A DNA stretch of 64,000 nucleotides from Eledone cirrhosa (taxonomy: Eukaryota). Position numbers and translations under genes: made by a program. Of the stretch, positions 42,655-54,689 are shown one piece after another (the first letter of the stretch is position 1; every line of letters begins with the position of its first letter). Where the stretch lies: the NCBI GenBank assembly GCA_964016885.1, contig OZ024746.1:78306001-78370000 (forward strand), read 5' to 3'. The notes under the pieces were generated by a model that saw only the letters and a program-made list of their open reading frames with translations, was not told where the DNA came from and did no database searches.

Positions 42655-42699
<45 letters not shown>

Positions 42700-42889
42700 C
42701 ATTGTAAACAAACACAACCTCAGTGTTTTGTATTTTTCTAAATGTTGATTTAGTTTTGACTTATTGAAATTTTCTATTGGGATTTTAAAAGTTGTCTCTC
42801 ATCTTTGTTGAAAATATATGAGAGCATGTATGTATCTGTGTGTAGATGTTATGTGTGTGTGTATCTGCTGTTTGTGTGTGTGTATCATA

Positions 42890-43350
42890 CATACACATGC
42901 CTGTGCACACAAACACAAACGTACACATATCTGTGCACACTAACACATTCGTACACATGTCTGTACACACAAACACATACGTACACGTCTGTACACACAA
43001 ACACATACACATGTCTATACATACGTACACACAAACACATACACACATACGTCTGTACACACAAACATACATAGACACGTCTGTACACACAAACACATAC
43101 ACACGTCTGTACACACAAACACATGCATACACACGTCTGTACACACAAACACATACACATGTCTATACATACGTACACACGCCTGTACACACGCCTGTAC
43201 ACACAAACACATACATACACACGTCTGTACACACAAACACATACACACACACGTCTGTACACACAAACACATACACACACACATACACACACACGTCTGT
43301 ACACACAAACACATACACACGCCTGTACACACAAACACATACACACACAT
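42890..43350. repeat. CA-derived minisatellite (CACGTCTGTACACACAAACACATACA)
   Basis: More than 10 tandem variants. Confidence 0.85.
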
Positions 43351-43742
43351 GAATAATCATTTTGATAGTTTGACAAGAAAACTGGTTCAAGGGACGTAAA
43401 CAAACAATCTAACAACAACAACAACAGCAGGAACAACTATTTGTTTTTGTTTGTTTGTATGGTTGTTGTTTTTTGTTTGCTTGTTGTTTTTTTTTGGGGG
43501 GGGAGGGGGGTTATATAAATAAAAATAACTAAATCTGTAGCGAAGAGGGTAGAGATAGTCCTGTGACAGTAAACAAACAAAACACACTGCACATATAATT
43601 ATATTGAGGTCGTTGAGAAATGGAAAGGAATCAGCTTGATTCCCCCCACTGTATAAATAAGATGTTCTGTTTACAAAAGGGCAGTTTTAAAACAAGAAAC
43701 TGAATCAATTCACATTTTACTAAAATCAAAATAAATAAATAA

Positions 43743-43779
<37 letters not shown>

Positions 43780-44272
43780 GTAAAGTATAAAATAAACAAA
43801 GAAATATTTAATAAAAAATAATGAATAAAATGGAAAATATATAAAAATAAAATAAAATAAAATAAAATAAAATAAATGTAATTCTTTGAATATATTAAAA
43901 TAGATTTTCTTGGCTTCAGCTATAAGTAAACTTATCATCAACATCGTATCAGAGAAATGTATATATGCTGGAAATGATGTTGTTGTTGTTGTTGATGATG
44001 ATGATATCATAATCAATATCATGATGATGGTGATGGTGATATTGATGAAGATTTCCTTTATTGTCACAAAGACTCAATACATTGGGACGGGGGAGAGGGT
44101 GGGGGTACAAGGACAAAACAATACAGTGGGGTTTATATCCAATAAAATGAAGGGGTCATCAATGGTAATAACAGTAGTAGTAGTAGTCGTAGTAGTGTTC
44201 GTGGTGGTGGTAGTAATACTCGGGATCTCAGAATGTAAAGGGTTGTAACTATATGCCACAAAACATATATAA

Positions 44273-45110
44273 ATAATTGTTTCTACTTGAGGCACATGGC
44301 CAGCAATTACCCAGTGCATTACTGGTACTTTATTTTATCGACCCCGTAAGGATGAAAGGCAAAGTTAACCTCGGCGGGATTTGAACTCAGACTGTAAAGG
44401 GACGTAACTCTATGCTGCAAAGCATGGCGTCCAACCCTCTACCGATACTGCCAATTCACCGCCAATTCACCAATACAAAACATATATAATAATTGTTTCT
44501 ACTATAGGCACAAGGCCAGCAATTATCCCAGTGTATTACTGGTACTTTATTTTATCGACCCTGTAAGGATGAAAGGCAAAGTTAACCTCAGCGGGATTTG
44601 AACTCAGATCATAAAGGGAGGTAACTCTATGCTTCAAAGCATGGCGTCCGACCCTCTACCGATACTGCGAATCCACCGAATAATGGTTTCTGATTTAGAC
44701 ACGAGTCAAACAATTTGGGGGTGGGGAGGAATAAAGTCAATTAAATCGACCCCAGTGCATTACTGGTGCTTTATTTTATCGACCCCGTAAGGATGAAAGG
44801 CAAAGTTAACCTCGGCTGGATTTGAACTCAGAACATAATGGGCCATAACTCGGTGCCGCAAAGCATTGCATCCGATGCTCTACCGATTCTGCCACCCCAC
44901 CAGTATACTGCCAATATAATAAATGTTTCTACTTTAGGCACAAGGCCAGCAACTTCCCAGTGCATTACTGGTACTTTATTTTATCGACCCCGTAAGGATG
45001 AAAGGCAAAGTCAACCTCGGCGGGATTTGAACTCAGACCGTAAAGGGACGTAACTGTGCTGCAAAGCATGGCGTCCGATCCTCCACCGATACTGCCAATC
45101 CCCCGCCCTT
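44273..45110 (-). mobile_element. Head-to-tail cluster of 4 family B SINEs
   Basis: Copies at ~44273-44463, 44488-44678, 44680-44895 and 44917-45108. Confidence 0.88.
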
Positions 45111-45391
45111 ATAATTCTGCCAATATAATAATAATAGTGTTAATGATTAATAACAATAAATGGTAACAGCACTGTTGACAATGAGTATAATCTCAGTGGA
45201 AGGCTTGAGAAAAATAATAGACTATTAATAATTCTGTTTGTTCTTTTTCTCTGTCTTTCTTTCTCTCTTTCTTTCTTTCCTTCTTTGTTTCCTTCTTTGT
45301 TTCCTTGTTTTTTGTCTTTCTTCTTTCGTTTTATTTGTTTGTTTGTTTCTTTTAGTTTTACAAGGGAAAGATTTTTCTTCTCTTTTGACAG

Positions 45392-45424
<33 letters not shown>

Positions 45425-45666
45425 ATATGTATATATATGTATAGATATATATGTGTATGTGTGTGTGTATACACACACACACACATATATATATATATAC
45501 ATAAGATCACTGTTGATATTGTCTAAATATTAGTTCTTTGTCTTTCTGTCTCTGTCTCCCTGTGTGTGTATACACACACATATATATACACACACACACC
45601 TACATACATATACACACATACTTATACACATATACATATATATATATATATACATATACACATATA

Positions 45667-45718
<52 letters not shown>

Positions 45719-45765
45719 TATATATATAATATATGTATATATATATATATATACATATACACATA

Positions 45766-45821
<56 letters not shown>

Positions 45822-45842
45822 CACATATACATATATATATAA

Positions 45843-45894
<52 letters not shown>

Positions 45895-45905
45895 TATATA
45901 TATAA

Positions 45906-45987
<82 letters not shown>

Positions 45988-46520
45988 TACATATATACAT
46001 GTGAAACAAAGGAGAAAAAAATACTCCTGCATGACTTGTAGTAATGTCTCAATGTTGAATGTGGTGGGACTGGTGGTGTTGTTGTTGTTGTTGTTGTTGC
46101 TGTTGTAGTTCTGTTGTTCTTTATATACACAGTTTCGTGTCTACAGTTTGTCACCTGGTCTAAATAATAAAGATTGTTGTTGTTTTCTCTGTTTGTCTGT
46201 ACGTGTGTGTGTGTGTATCTGTGTGTGTTTGTGTGTGTGTGTGTGTGTATCTGTGTGTGTTTAACTGGTGCTTGTGTTTGTCCATTGGTGTTTTTGTTGT
46301 TGTTGATGATGGTGGTGCTAGGGATGTTGTTGTTATTGCAATTGGTGGTGGTGGTGGTGGTATTGTTGTTGTTGGTGTTGGTGGTGGTGGTGGTGGTGGT
46401 GGTGGTGGTGATACTGCTGCCTCTTGAAATTTATTTATATTCTAATTTCAATGACTGAAGAAATAAACTAATATCTACTGGGTGTTGATGGCTTGAAACA
46501 CACCACACTTTCTCACACAG

Positions 46521-46591
<71 letters not shown>

Positions 46592-46866
46592 CACATACAT
46601 TCACACTCACATACCCACACCTCCTGAAGCACTGCCACAGGCATTCACATTAACAGGCTTGTAATGCCTACAATTGTACACACTAATACCAGCACAAGCA
46701 CAGACATACACACACACACACACTCACACACATACACTCACATACACACCTTCAGGCATGCACATTGCCTCAAGCCTGCACACATACATGCACATACTAA
46801 TGTATCTCTTTTATAATAAATACACAGGCATATATGGGTCTGTGTATCTATGTAAATAATTACATA

Positions 46867-48036
46867 CTTGGTAGGGTTCAAAAAGCTAATCCCTTTCAAA
46901 GTAGGGCCTTTATGTCCCCATACACTTGGCCTGGCAATGCTTCTACTGTTCAAAACACATCTGACATGCTGCTTCTGAAATGTCTCCCAGCTTCAGTATT
47001 GCAGTCCTCAAATGTTGTCCTCTTGGTTCTCAAAGTAAGAACCTACCAGTGGCATCTTCATTTTGGGGAACAACCTCAAGTCAAAAAGAGCCCTATCTGG
47101 TGAGTATAGAGCAGAGGTCCCCAACCACATGGCCGTCAACTGGTATCAGTCCATGGATCATTTGCTACTGGGCCGCAAAGAAATAATTAACTTGTTTAAA
47201 ATTATATAATAAATAAATTGAATATTGGGCTGATATTTAAAAAGATTTGTTTAAATATTCAATATTCACATAATCAATACACTTATTCTTCCCTTTAATA
47301 AATTGCTCTCTTTATTGAAATGCACTTAAATAACTCCTATGTGCAACTACTGGTCTGTGGAAAGATTATCTGGCATGAAGCCGGTCCGTGGTATAAAAAA
47401 GGTTGGTGACCACTACTATAGAGAATGTGTGAAATGTCTTTCTTTGCCAAGAAACCTTAGATGAGTTGTGACGAATGAGTGTGTGTGTGTGTGTGGGGGG
47501 GGGGGGTTTATGATACAGCTTCCAGTTTTGTGAGGACCTCAGATTCAGTCTTTTGTGCTAAACTGCATCACAAAGACATCTAAGGACTTCTTGAAAGTAT
47601 TTCTTTGTAACTGATTGTATTTCTGGTATATATTTGTGATGTACAATGTCTTGGTAATCAAAGAAGACATTCAACACCACCTTGATTTTGCTTCACACCT
47701 TATGTGTCCTTTGGGGAGTTGGCAACATTGGATGTTTCCTCTGTGAGGACTAAGTTGTGGTTTCTGGATCCTACATGCACACTCATGCCTCATCTCCAAT
47801 TATCTCAGTATTCAGGACCTCAGGATCCTTGCTTGAGCAATATCAGGTGAAATGAAGATGCAATGAGTAAGTAGTAGAGCACCTCACATGTTGCCTGCCT
47901 GACAGGGACTGACACATCTAACATGTCTGCCAAAAGCTATGCATTGCACTTAAATGTATGCAACTCTACTTTTGTCTCCCTAACGTCATTACTTCCCTCA
48001 GGAAAAATATTAAGTCACCCTTTTTAACAGACCTCA
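46867..48036 (-). pseudogene. Decayed mariner (irritans-like) DNA transposon
   Basis: Manual translation of the minus strand 47797-46886 gives GDEA*V..DPET..SSQ...SKIKVVLNVFFDYQDIVHH...EVLRCLCDAV*HKR...WKLYH, then YSPDRALFDLRLFPKMK and YFERD*. Degenerate TIRs are flanked by TA at both ends. Confidence 0.85.
47112..47415. mobile_element. hAT (Charlie-like) MITE nested in the mariner
   Basis: TIRs CAGAGGTCCCCAACC / GGTTGGTGACCACTA. 8-bp TSD GTATAGAG / CTATAGAG, close to the NTCTAGAN Charlie target. Confidence 0.82.
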
Positions 48037-48169
48037 TACATACACACATATATATATATATATATATATAAATATATACTCATACACACACACATGTATA
48101 TATATACACACACATATAAATATATACATACAGACATAAACATACATACTTACATATATACATATAAAT

Positions 48170-48229
<60 letters not shown>

Positions 48230-48827
48230 ACATATATACATGTGTATATTATGTATGTCTGTATGTAATTCTATTTGACACATGATATATTTGTTTTCTC
48301 TGTCTAGTGGTCTTCTTTTCTCTTTCTCTTTCTTATCACCACCACCACCTCCCACTTCAACACATCTCACTCATACATATACACACACACACACACACAC
48401 ACATATATGCACGTGTGTGCGTGTGTGTATATATACAGTTATATTTATTTATACTCCAAACATAGACATAAATACATATAACATATTCGTACACACAAAC
48501 AAATACATTTATATTTACACAAAAAAGTATAGACATACATACATACATACATACATACATAGAAACACACATATACATACATAATACACACACATATACG
48601 TACATACATACACACACATACATATATACTTACATACAGGCATACATGCATATACATACATAAATACACACACACACACACATTCATACTTACATACATA
48701 CATAGACACACACATATACATACATACACACACATATACGTACATACATACACACACATACATATATACTTACATACAGGCATACATGCATATACATACA
48801 TAAATACACACACACACACATTCATAC

Positions 48828-48858
<31 letters not shown>

Positions 48859-48880
48859 CATACATACATACATACATACA

Positions 48881-48913
<33 letters not shown>

Positions 48914-50305
48914 GCAGACATGCACACATACACACACACTTTGTCTTTACCAAAAAAAGGTTTTTGAATAAACAGAATAATTGAAACAAACACCCCACCA
49001 CCACCACTGCCTCAACAACAACAACAACAACAACAACAACAAACATAACCAAAGAAGGAAGGAAAGAAAGAAGACTGGAAAGAGAGTAAATAGATTCCTG
49101 ATATCATTTATTTGAACAAATTATTTGCTTGGTCTCCTGTGTCACATTTTCAAAACCAATAAACTTAAATCAATGTCCCGGGGATGGGGGGTGGGTGGGA
49201 GGTGTGATGGTGGTGGTGGTGGTGGTGGTAGTGGTAGTAGTGGTGGTGGTAGGTGGGTTCTGATTGGAAAGGATGTGTTGTCATTGCTGCTGTTGTTGTT
49301 GTTGTTGTGGTGGTGGTGGTGGTGGTGGTGGTGGTAGTAGTTGTGGTGGTGGTGGTGGTGGTAGTGCTGATTGAAATGGATGCATTGTTGTTATTGCTGT
49401 GGTTTTGAAATGATGTTGTTGATGTTGTTGTTATGGTTGTGGTGGTGTTGGTGGTGGTGTTGGTAGTGGTGATTGTGATTGGAATGGATGTGTTGTTCTT
49501 GTCATTGCTGTCTGATGGTGGTGGTGGTGGTGGTGGTGGTGGTGGTGGTAGTGGTGGTGGTGGTAGTGGTGTATTGGGAAGTGGAGGAGAAATCTTGTGA
49601 ATGATTGGAAGTGAACTGTGTTGTTGATGGAAGGACGTGGGTGGGGTATTTAGCAGTGTCAATGTTGTTTGAGGTGGTGGGGATTCCTGGTGGTGGTGGT
49701 GGTGGTGGTGTCGGTAGTGGGGGTCGGGTTGGCGGGGTCTGGTAATGATAACATTGATGTTGCTTTATGTATGTATGTGTTGGTAGCTGTGTGTTTGTTG
49801 GTTGTGTGATAACATTAGTGAAGTGTTGGTAGAAGTGGTTTTAGGTGTCTATGTAATCACAATCAGAGATGAGGCAGGGAGGGATGAGCACGGAGGGAAG
49901 GGCATGGCGACAGGGGTGGGGGGGCAGATACTTTCTCACATTCTAGTCTCTTGATCCAGCAGAACACCCAGAATGTAACAGTTAAAGTGAGGAAGTGGGG
50001 GCTTCATCAACACTGGGCTGGTACTTCCTGGGAAGAGGCCTCCACCCAATGCTTTCTCCTCGAACACTTCATTGTATATTAGTTTAGTATATCAATAGTA
50101 ATAGTGGTATGTGTTAGGATAGTGTTTGGAAGCGTTCCAGTGTTGTCACGCTTCCAGTCAATCTTGGCTCACGGCTCAAGTCTGGAAACTTGACTGCAAA
50201 CATTCCAGCTTTTCCACATAAACAGTTTAATCTGTTCTCGGAGGAGTGCATTCCTTCCATCGGGCACCAAGTGAAGGCAAGAATATCAGGGCCATGCATA
50301 ACTAC

Positions 50306-50359
<54 letters not shown>

Positions 50360-50541
50360 GAAAAATTCGGGACATCGACAATTGAGCTCCTATTGTTTCA
50401 ACAGCTAGATCCGATCTAGTTCAGATCTAGCTGGTAAAACAGCAGGAGCTCAGCCGCTGGGGTCACAAATTTTTCGTATTACTACCACAAGTATCGAGTA
50501 CTCTGGAGAGTAATGGTCCAACTGGTTTTTACCGCTTCCAT

Positions 50542-50639
<98 letters not shown>

Positions 50640-50650
50640 GTATATATATG

Positions 50651-50703
<53 letters not shown>

Positions 50704-51311
50704 GTATATATATATATGTATATATATGTATATATATATGTATATATATGTATATATATATATATGTATAAATATGTATGTATATATATATGTATATATA
50801 TCATCATCATCATCATCATCAGGTTTAGCGTCCGTGTTCCACGCTTGCATGGGTTTGGACGGGGGTTTTCCCACTTGAGGCAAGAGTGGTTGTCTTGCTC
50901 GCATAGGACTGTCTGGCGGGTTTTCTACAGTTGGATGCCCTTCCTAACACCAACCACATTTACAGTGTGGGGCTGGGAGGTTTTTACCGTGTTGCCTACA
51001 CGGCCACATTACAGCGTGGACTGTCTGGCGGGTTTTCTACAGCTGGATGCCCTTCCTAACACCAACCACATTTACAGTGTGGGGCTGGGAGGTTTTTACC
51101 GTGTTGCCTACACGGCCACATTTACAGCGTGGACTGTGTGTTTTTTGTCGTGACACCTACACGATCTCATTTGTTTCGGCCTGGATGTTGTGGGGCCAAC
51201 ATAACTTTACATTGAAAGGGGCGGTGTGGGTGGGGTGGAGGTGGAGGTGGTGGGACGGGGGTGTGTTTTGATAGAGGTGCCTACTGACTGTAGTAGGTTT
51301 TTACTTTGTAT

Positions 51312-54300
51312 TTAGGTAAGGCGGGTCTTCTCTATTACTGAGTACCGCCAAAGGTCTCGGTCCAGTGACATTGTCTTGGAGAGGTGTAAGCGTGTGAGGT
51401 CGGAAATTATCAGCTCGTCCCATGTTTTTCTGGGTCTGCCTACTCCGTGGCTACCGTCTATCTTTATTGCCCTGCACTTTGTTATACAGCTGTCGTCTTT
51501 CATGCGCATCACGTGACCGTACCAACGTAGCCTTCTCTCGAGTAAACAACATCTGATCCCTCTTATTTCTAATTTTTTCCTTAGTTCGTTTATGCTTTGC
51601 CGTTCACGTATATTACTATTGCACATCCAGCGGAGCATGCAAGCTTCGTTCCTCTCTAGTCTGCGTATATCCTCTGCACACAATGCCCAGGTCTCACTGC
51701 CATGCAGCATTGCTGTTCGTATGCAGGCATCGTATAACCTGCCTTTCATTTTTAGGGAGAACCCTCTAGCGGCTAATAGTGGTATAAGCTCTCTGAACTT
51801 TTTCCATCCAGTTCTGACTCTAGCTACTGTACTTTCAGAGCACCCTCCCCCACTGCTGATTTTGTCACCCAGATAACGGAAGCTATCCACTATTTCTATA
51901 GAACCCTCTGCGCAGTTGAAGGAGCTAGTATTTTGTGGGCACTTGCTGCTACTTATTGCACCAGAGCACCGGCCACATGTAAAATCTATGTTCTTAGTTA
52001 GCTTACCTGTGATCCCACTACATCTTTTATGCACCCATACTTTGCATTTGGGACATAAAATGGAGTTTCTACCTACGCCTTTCCTACACACTGAGCATGG
52101 CCATTTCCCCGATGGGACCGCCGCCTTATTTTCTTTCCTACAAACTAGAACTTTAGTCTTAGCCAGGTTAATTTTAAGGCCTTTTGATTCTAGGCCGTGC
52201 TTCCACGTTTGGAATTTCTTCTCTAGTTCGGTCATTGATTCAGCTATGAGCGTTAGATCATCTGCGTATAGGAGTTCCCATGGGCAGCCGGTCTTGAACT
52301 CCTCTGTTATAGCCTGAAGGGCAATAATAAATAGTAGGGGGCTAAGTACAGAGCCCTGATGGACACCAACTTTTACGCTAAACTCTTCACTATATTCGTT
52401 GTTAATTCTAACCTTACTGACTGTTTCTTTATACATGGCTTGTATAGCTCTCACAAGCCATTCGTCAACACCTAGTTTTCTAAGAGACCACCAGATAATG
52501 GAACGGGGGACTCTGTCGAAGGCTTTCTCCAAGTCGACAAAAGCTAAGTATAGGGGTTTACTTTTAGCTAGGTACTTCTCCTGTAGTTGTCGTACAATGA
52601 AAAGAGCGTCTGTGGTACTTTTGCCTGACACAAACCCGAACTGCATTTCATCTAGATCAATTCTCTCTCTGATTAGTTGCGCTATTACTTTTTCCGTGAC
52701 CTTCATGACCTGGTCGATTAATTTAATGCCTCTATAGTTACTCCTATCTAGGGCATCTCCTTTTCCCTTGTAGCAGTTAACGATGATGCTGCTACGCCAT
52801 TCCTTCGGAACAACCCCATTCTGTACGACTTGGTTAACTATCCGGGTGACCATGGTGTGTCCCACCGAACCAGATGCCTTCAGCATCTCAGCAACTATTT
52901 CCGAAGGCCCAGCCGCCTTACCCGTCTTCATATCTTTGATTGCCTTACTTATTATACTACCTTCAACTAACACTGCTGGTCCCTCTATTGGATCGATCTG
53001 GGGGAGACTATCTTTCTCCCATTTGTTCTCCTCATTTAGAAGCCTTTCGTAGTGACACTTCCAAGCTACCTTCTTATCAGCGTCGGTGATGGCAAGTATG
53101 CCATCATCGTTAAGTACACACTTCTCCCCGACAATATCACGGTTTTCCTTGACACATTGCCTGGCAATCCTGAACACCTCACGTTTTTGGTCCTCACGTT
53201 GTAGAACATGCTTGAACTTTCTTTCCTCTGCTTCCCTTCTTGCGAAGTACACTTGTCTCCTAGCTTCCCTCCTGGCCACTTGATAGTCTTCTCTACTTCC
53301 CCCATCCCGCCATACTTTCCAAGCCTGCTTTTTGGCCTTAATTGACTCCTCCACCTTACTGTTCCACCACCATGTTACTCTCCTCCTACCTACAGGCCTG
53401 CTCCAGCCACAGACTTCGTCTGCCGCCGTCAGCAGGTTTGCTCTCAGGAATTCCCACTGTTCCTCTATATTATACGACTCTAATTGCTCTTCCTTACTGT
53501 CGAAAGCGTCAAGTAATTTGCTTTGAAATTTATTTCTGGCTATGGGGTCCTTTAGCTTCCATATTTTTCTCCTGAGGATAGTCCTCTTTCGCTGTCTAGT
53601 ACGTCTCGTCCTGACTATGAGGTCGCTAATTATCAGTCTATGTTGGGAGGTGAATTCTTCATGGGGGTGGGATTTAGTGTTAACAACAGACACTCTGTCA
53701 CGTCTTCTGGTAAGGATATAATCTACCTGGCTTGTGTGTTCCCCCGACCTATAGGTGATCAAGTGATTGTCTCGTTTTTTGAAGTTAGTGTTACAGATAG
53801 TTAAGTTATTTGCGTCGCAGAATTCCAGGATTCTGGAGCCTTCCTCATTTCTAGTACCGAACCCATAGCCTCCATGGATTCCGTCATAGCCGTCACAATG
53901 TTGTCCAACGTGACCATTTAGGTCGCCTGCAATAACTATATAGTCACTGTCGGTTATTTGGGAGGTAGCGAGCTTCAGTGTCTCGTAGAATCTGTCTTTT
54001 ATAGCGCGGGGCTGTCCGGATTGGGGTGCGTACGCAGATATTACTGTCACCGTAGTTTTATTGAGGACAAGTCTTATTTTAATTATTCTGTCGTTCACTC
54101 TATTTACGTCTATTATCTTATCTGCCCACTTTTCTGCTACCATGATTCCTACCCCACCCAACCCATTGTCATTTCCCACCCAGAAAAGCTTATAGCATCG
54201 CTCTTTACCCACGATGAATCTAGCCGACCCTCCCCTCCACCTGGTCTCTTGAATACAACAAACATCGACCTCCTTACGTTCAAGCATTTCTACAACCTCG

Positions 54301-54557
54301 TTCGAGCGACCCTTTAAGGTGCCTACATTCATGGTACCAACTCTGAAGTTTTGGATTGCGTTTGGAGGGTGGGAGCGGTGGGGCGCGGGGGGGGATGGGG
54401 TTATGTTAGCCATCCTGGGCCGAAACAAGGAGGAGTGCTTGCATTCTCGTCCACGAGGTGAATTTGGCTTTATCCTTGGCATTGTCGCTGAGCGTCCACA
54501 TTTTTCTCTCTTCAACTCTCCAGAATTCCGTAGTCCATCCATCATATCGAAAAGCAA
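51312..54557 (-). CDS. RTE LINE ORF: apurinic-like endonuclease + reverse transcriptase + PHD-type zinc finger (first ATG at 54545)
   Basis: Uninterrupted 1081 codons. APE motifs: GTMNV, DVCCIQET, SAYAPQ, GDLNGHVG, VDYIL, SQHR. RT motifs: YRGIKL, QFGF, AFVDLEKAFD, GVHQGSVLSPLLF, LLYADD, FRYLG. RTE-type C-terminus: [11 protein letters not shown]...GRPRKTW. Confidence 0.96.
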   Translation of the reverse strand: MLFDMMDGLRNSGELKREKCGRSATMPRIKPNSPRGRECKHSSLFRPRMANITPSPPAPHRSHPPNAIQNFRVGTMNVGTLKGRSNEVVEMLERKEVDVCCIQETRWRGGSARFIVGKERCYKLFWVGNDNGLGGVGIMVAEKWADKIIDVNRVNDRIIKIRLVLNKTTVTVISAYAPQSGQPRAIKDRFYETLKLATSQITDSDYIVIAGDLNGHVGQHCDGYDGIHGGYGFGTRNEEGSRILEFCDANNLTICNTNFKKRDNHLITYRSGEHTSQVDYILTRRRDRVSVVNTKSHPHEEFTSQHRLIISDLIVRTRRTRQRKRTILRRKIWKLKDPIARNKFQSKLLDAFDSKEEQLESYNIEEQWEFLRANLLTAADEVCGWSRPVGRRRVTWWWNSKVEESIKAKKQAWKVWRDGGSREDYQVARREARRQVYFARREAEERKFKHVLQREDQKREVFRIARQCVKENRDIVGEKCVLNDDGILAITDADKKVAWKCHYERLLNEENKWEKDSLPQIDPIEGPAVLVEGSIISKAIKDMKTGKAAGPSEIVAEMLKASGSVGHTMVTRIVNQVVQNGVVPKEWRSSIIVNCYKGKGDALDRSNYRGIKLIDQVMKVTEKVIAQLIRERIDLDEMQFGFVSGKSTTDALFIVRQLQEKYLAKSKPLYLAFVDLEKAFDRVPRSIIWWSLRKLGVDEWLVRAIQAMYKETVSKVRINNEYSEEFSVKVGVHQGSVLSPLLFIIALQAITEEFKTGCPWELLYADDLTLIAESMTELEKKFQTWKHGLESKGLKINLAKTKVLVCRKENKAAVPSGKWPCSVCRKGVGRNSILCPKCKVWVHKRCSGITGKLTKNIDFTCGRCSGAISSSKCPQNTSSFNCAEGSIEIVDSFRYLGDKISSGGGCSESTVARVRTGWKKFRELIPLLAARGFSLKMKGRLYDACIRTAMLHGSETWALCAEDIRRLERNEACMLRWMCNSNIRERQSINELRKKLEIRGIRCCLLERRLRWYGHVMRMKDDSCITKCRAIKIDGSHGVGRPRKTWDELIISDLTRLHLSKTMSLDRDLWRYSVIEKTRLT

Positions 54558-54689
54558 CCAGTTAAGCGATAGTATGGGCCTCTGACTTATGATTGGTCCA
54601 CGTAATAATGGTGGTGCGTGGGGGCGAGAGGGAGGGATGATGGGTTGTTAGCGAGAATGTAAGGATTAAGATAAGATCGCCGTATTTTG

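Noticed and set aside
244-48993. Numerous YI/VC/HT-rich ORFs
   Set aside because: Translations of (TA)n, (TG)n and (TATG)n microsatellites.
50010-50305. Unique sequence with short ORFs on both strands next to the RTE flank
   Set aside because: No motif recognised; cannot be assigned.
54400-54660. Possible HDV-like ribozyme in the RTE leader (ATTCTCG/CGAGAAT pairing, ACCTCGT loop)
   Set aside because: The loop lacks the conserved first U, there is no GG for P1.1, and no consistent P2 or J4/2 could be built by eye.
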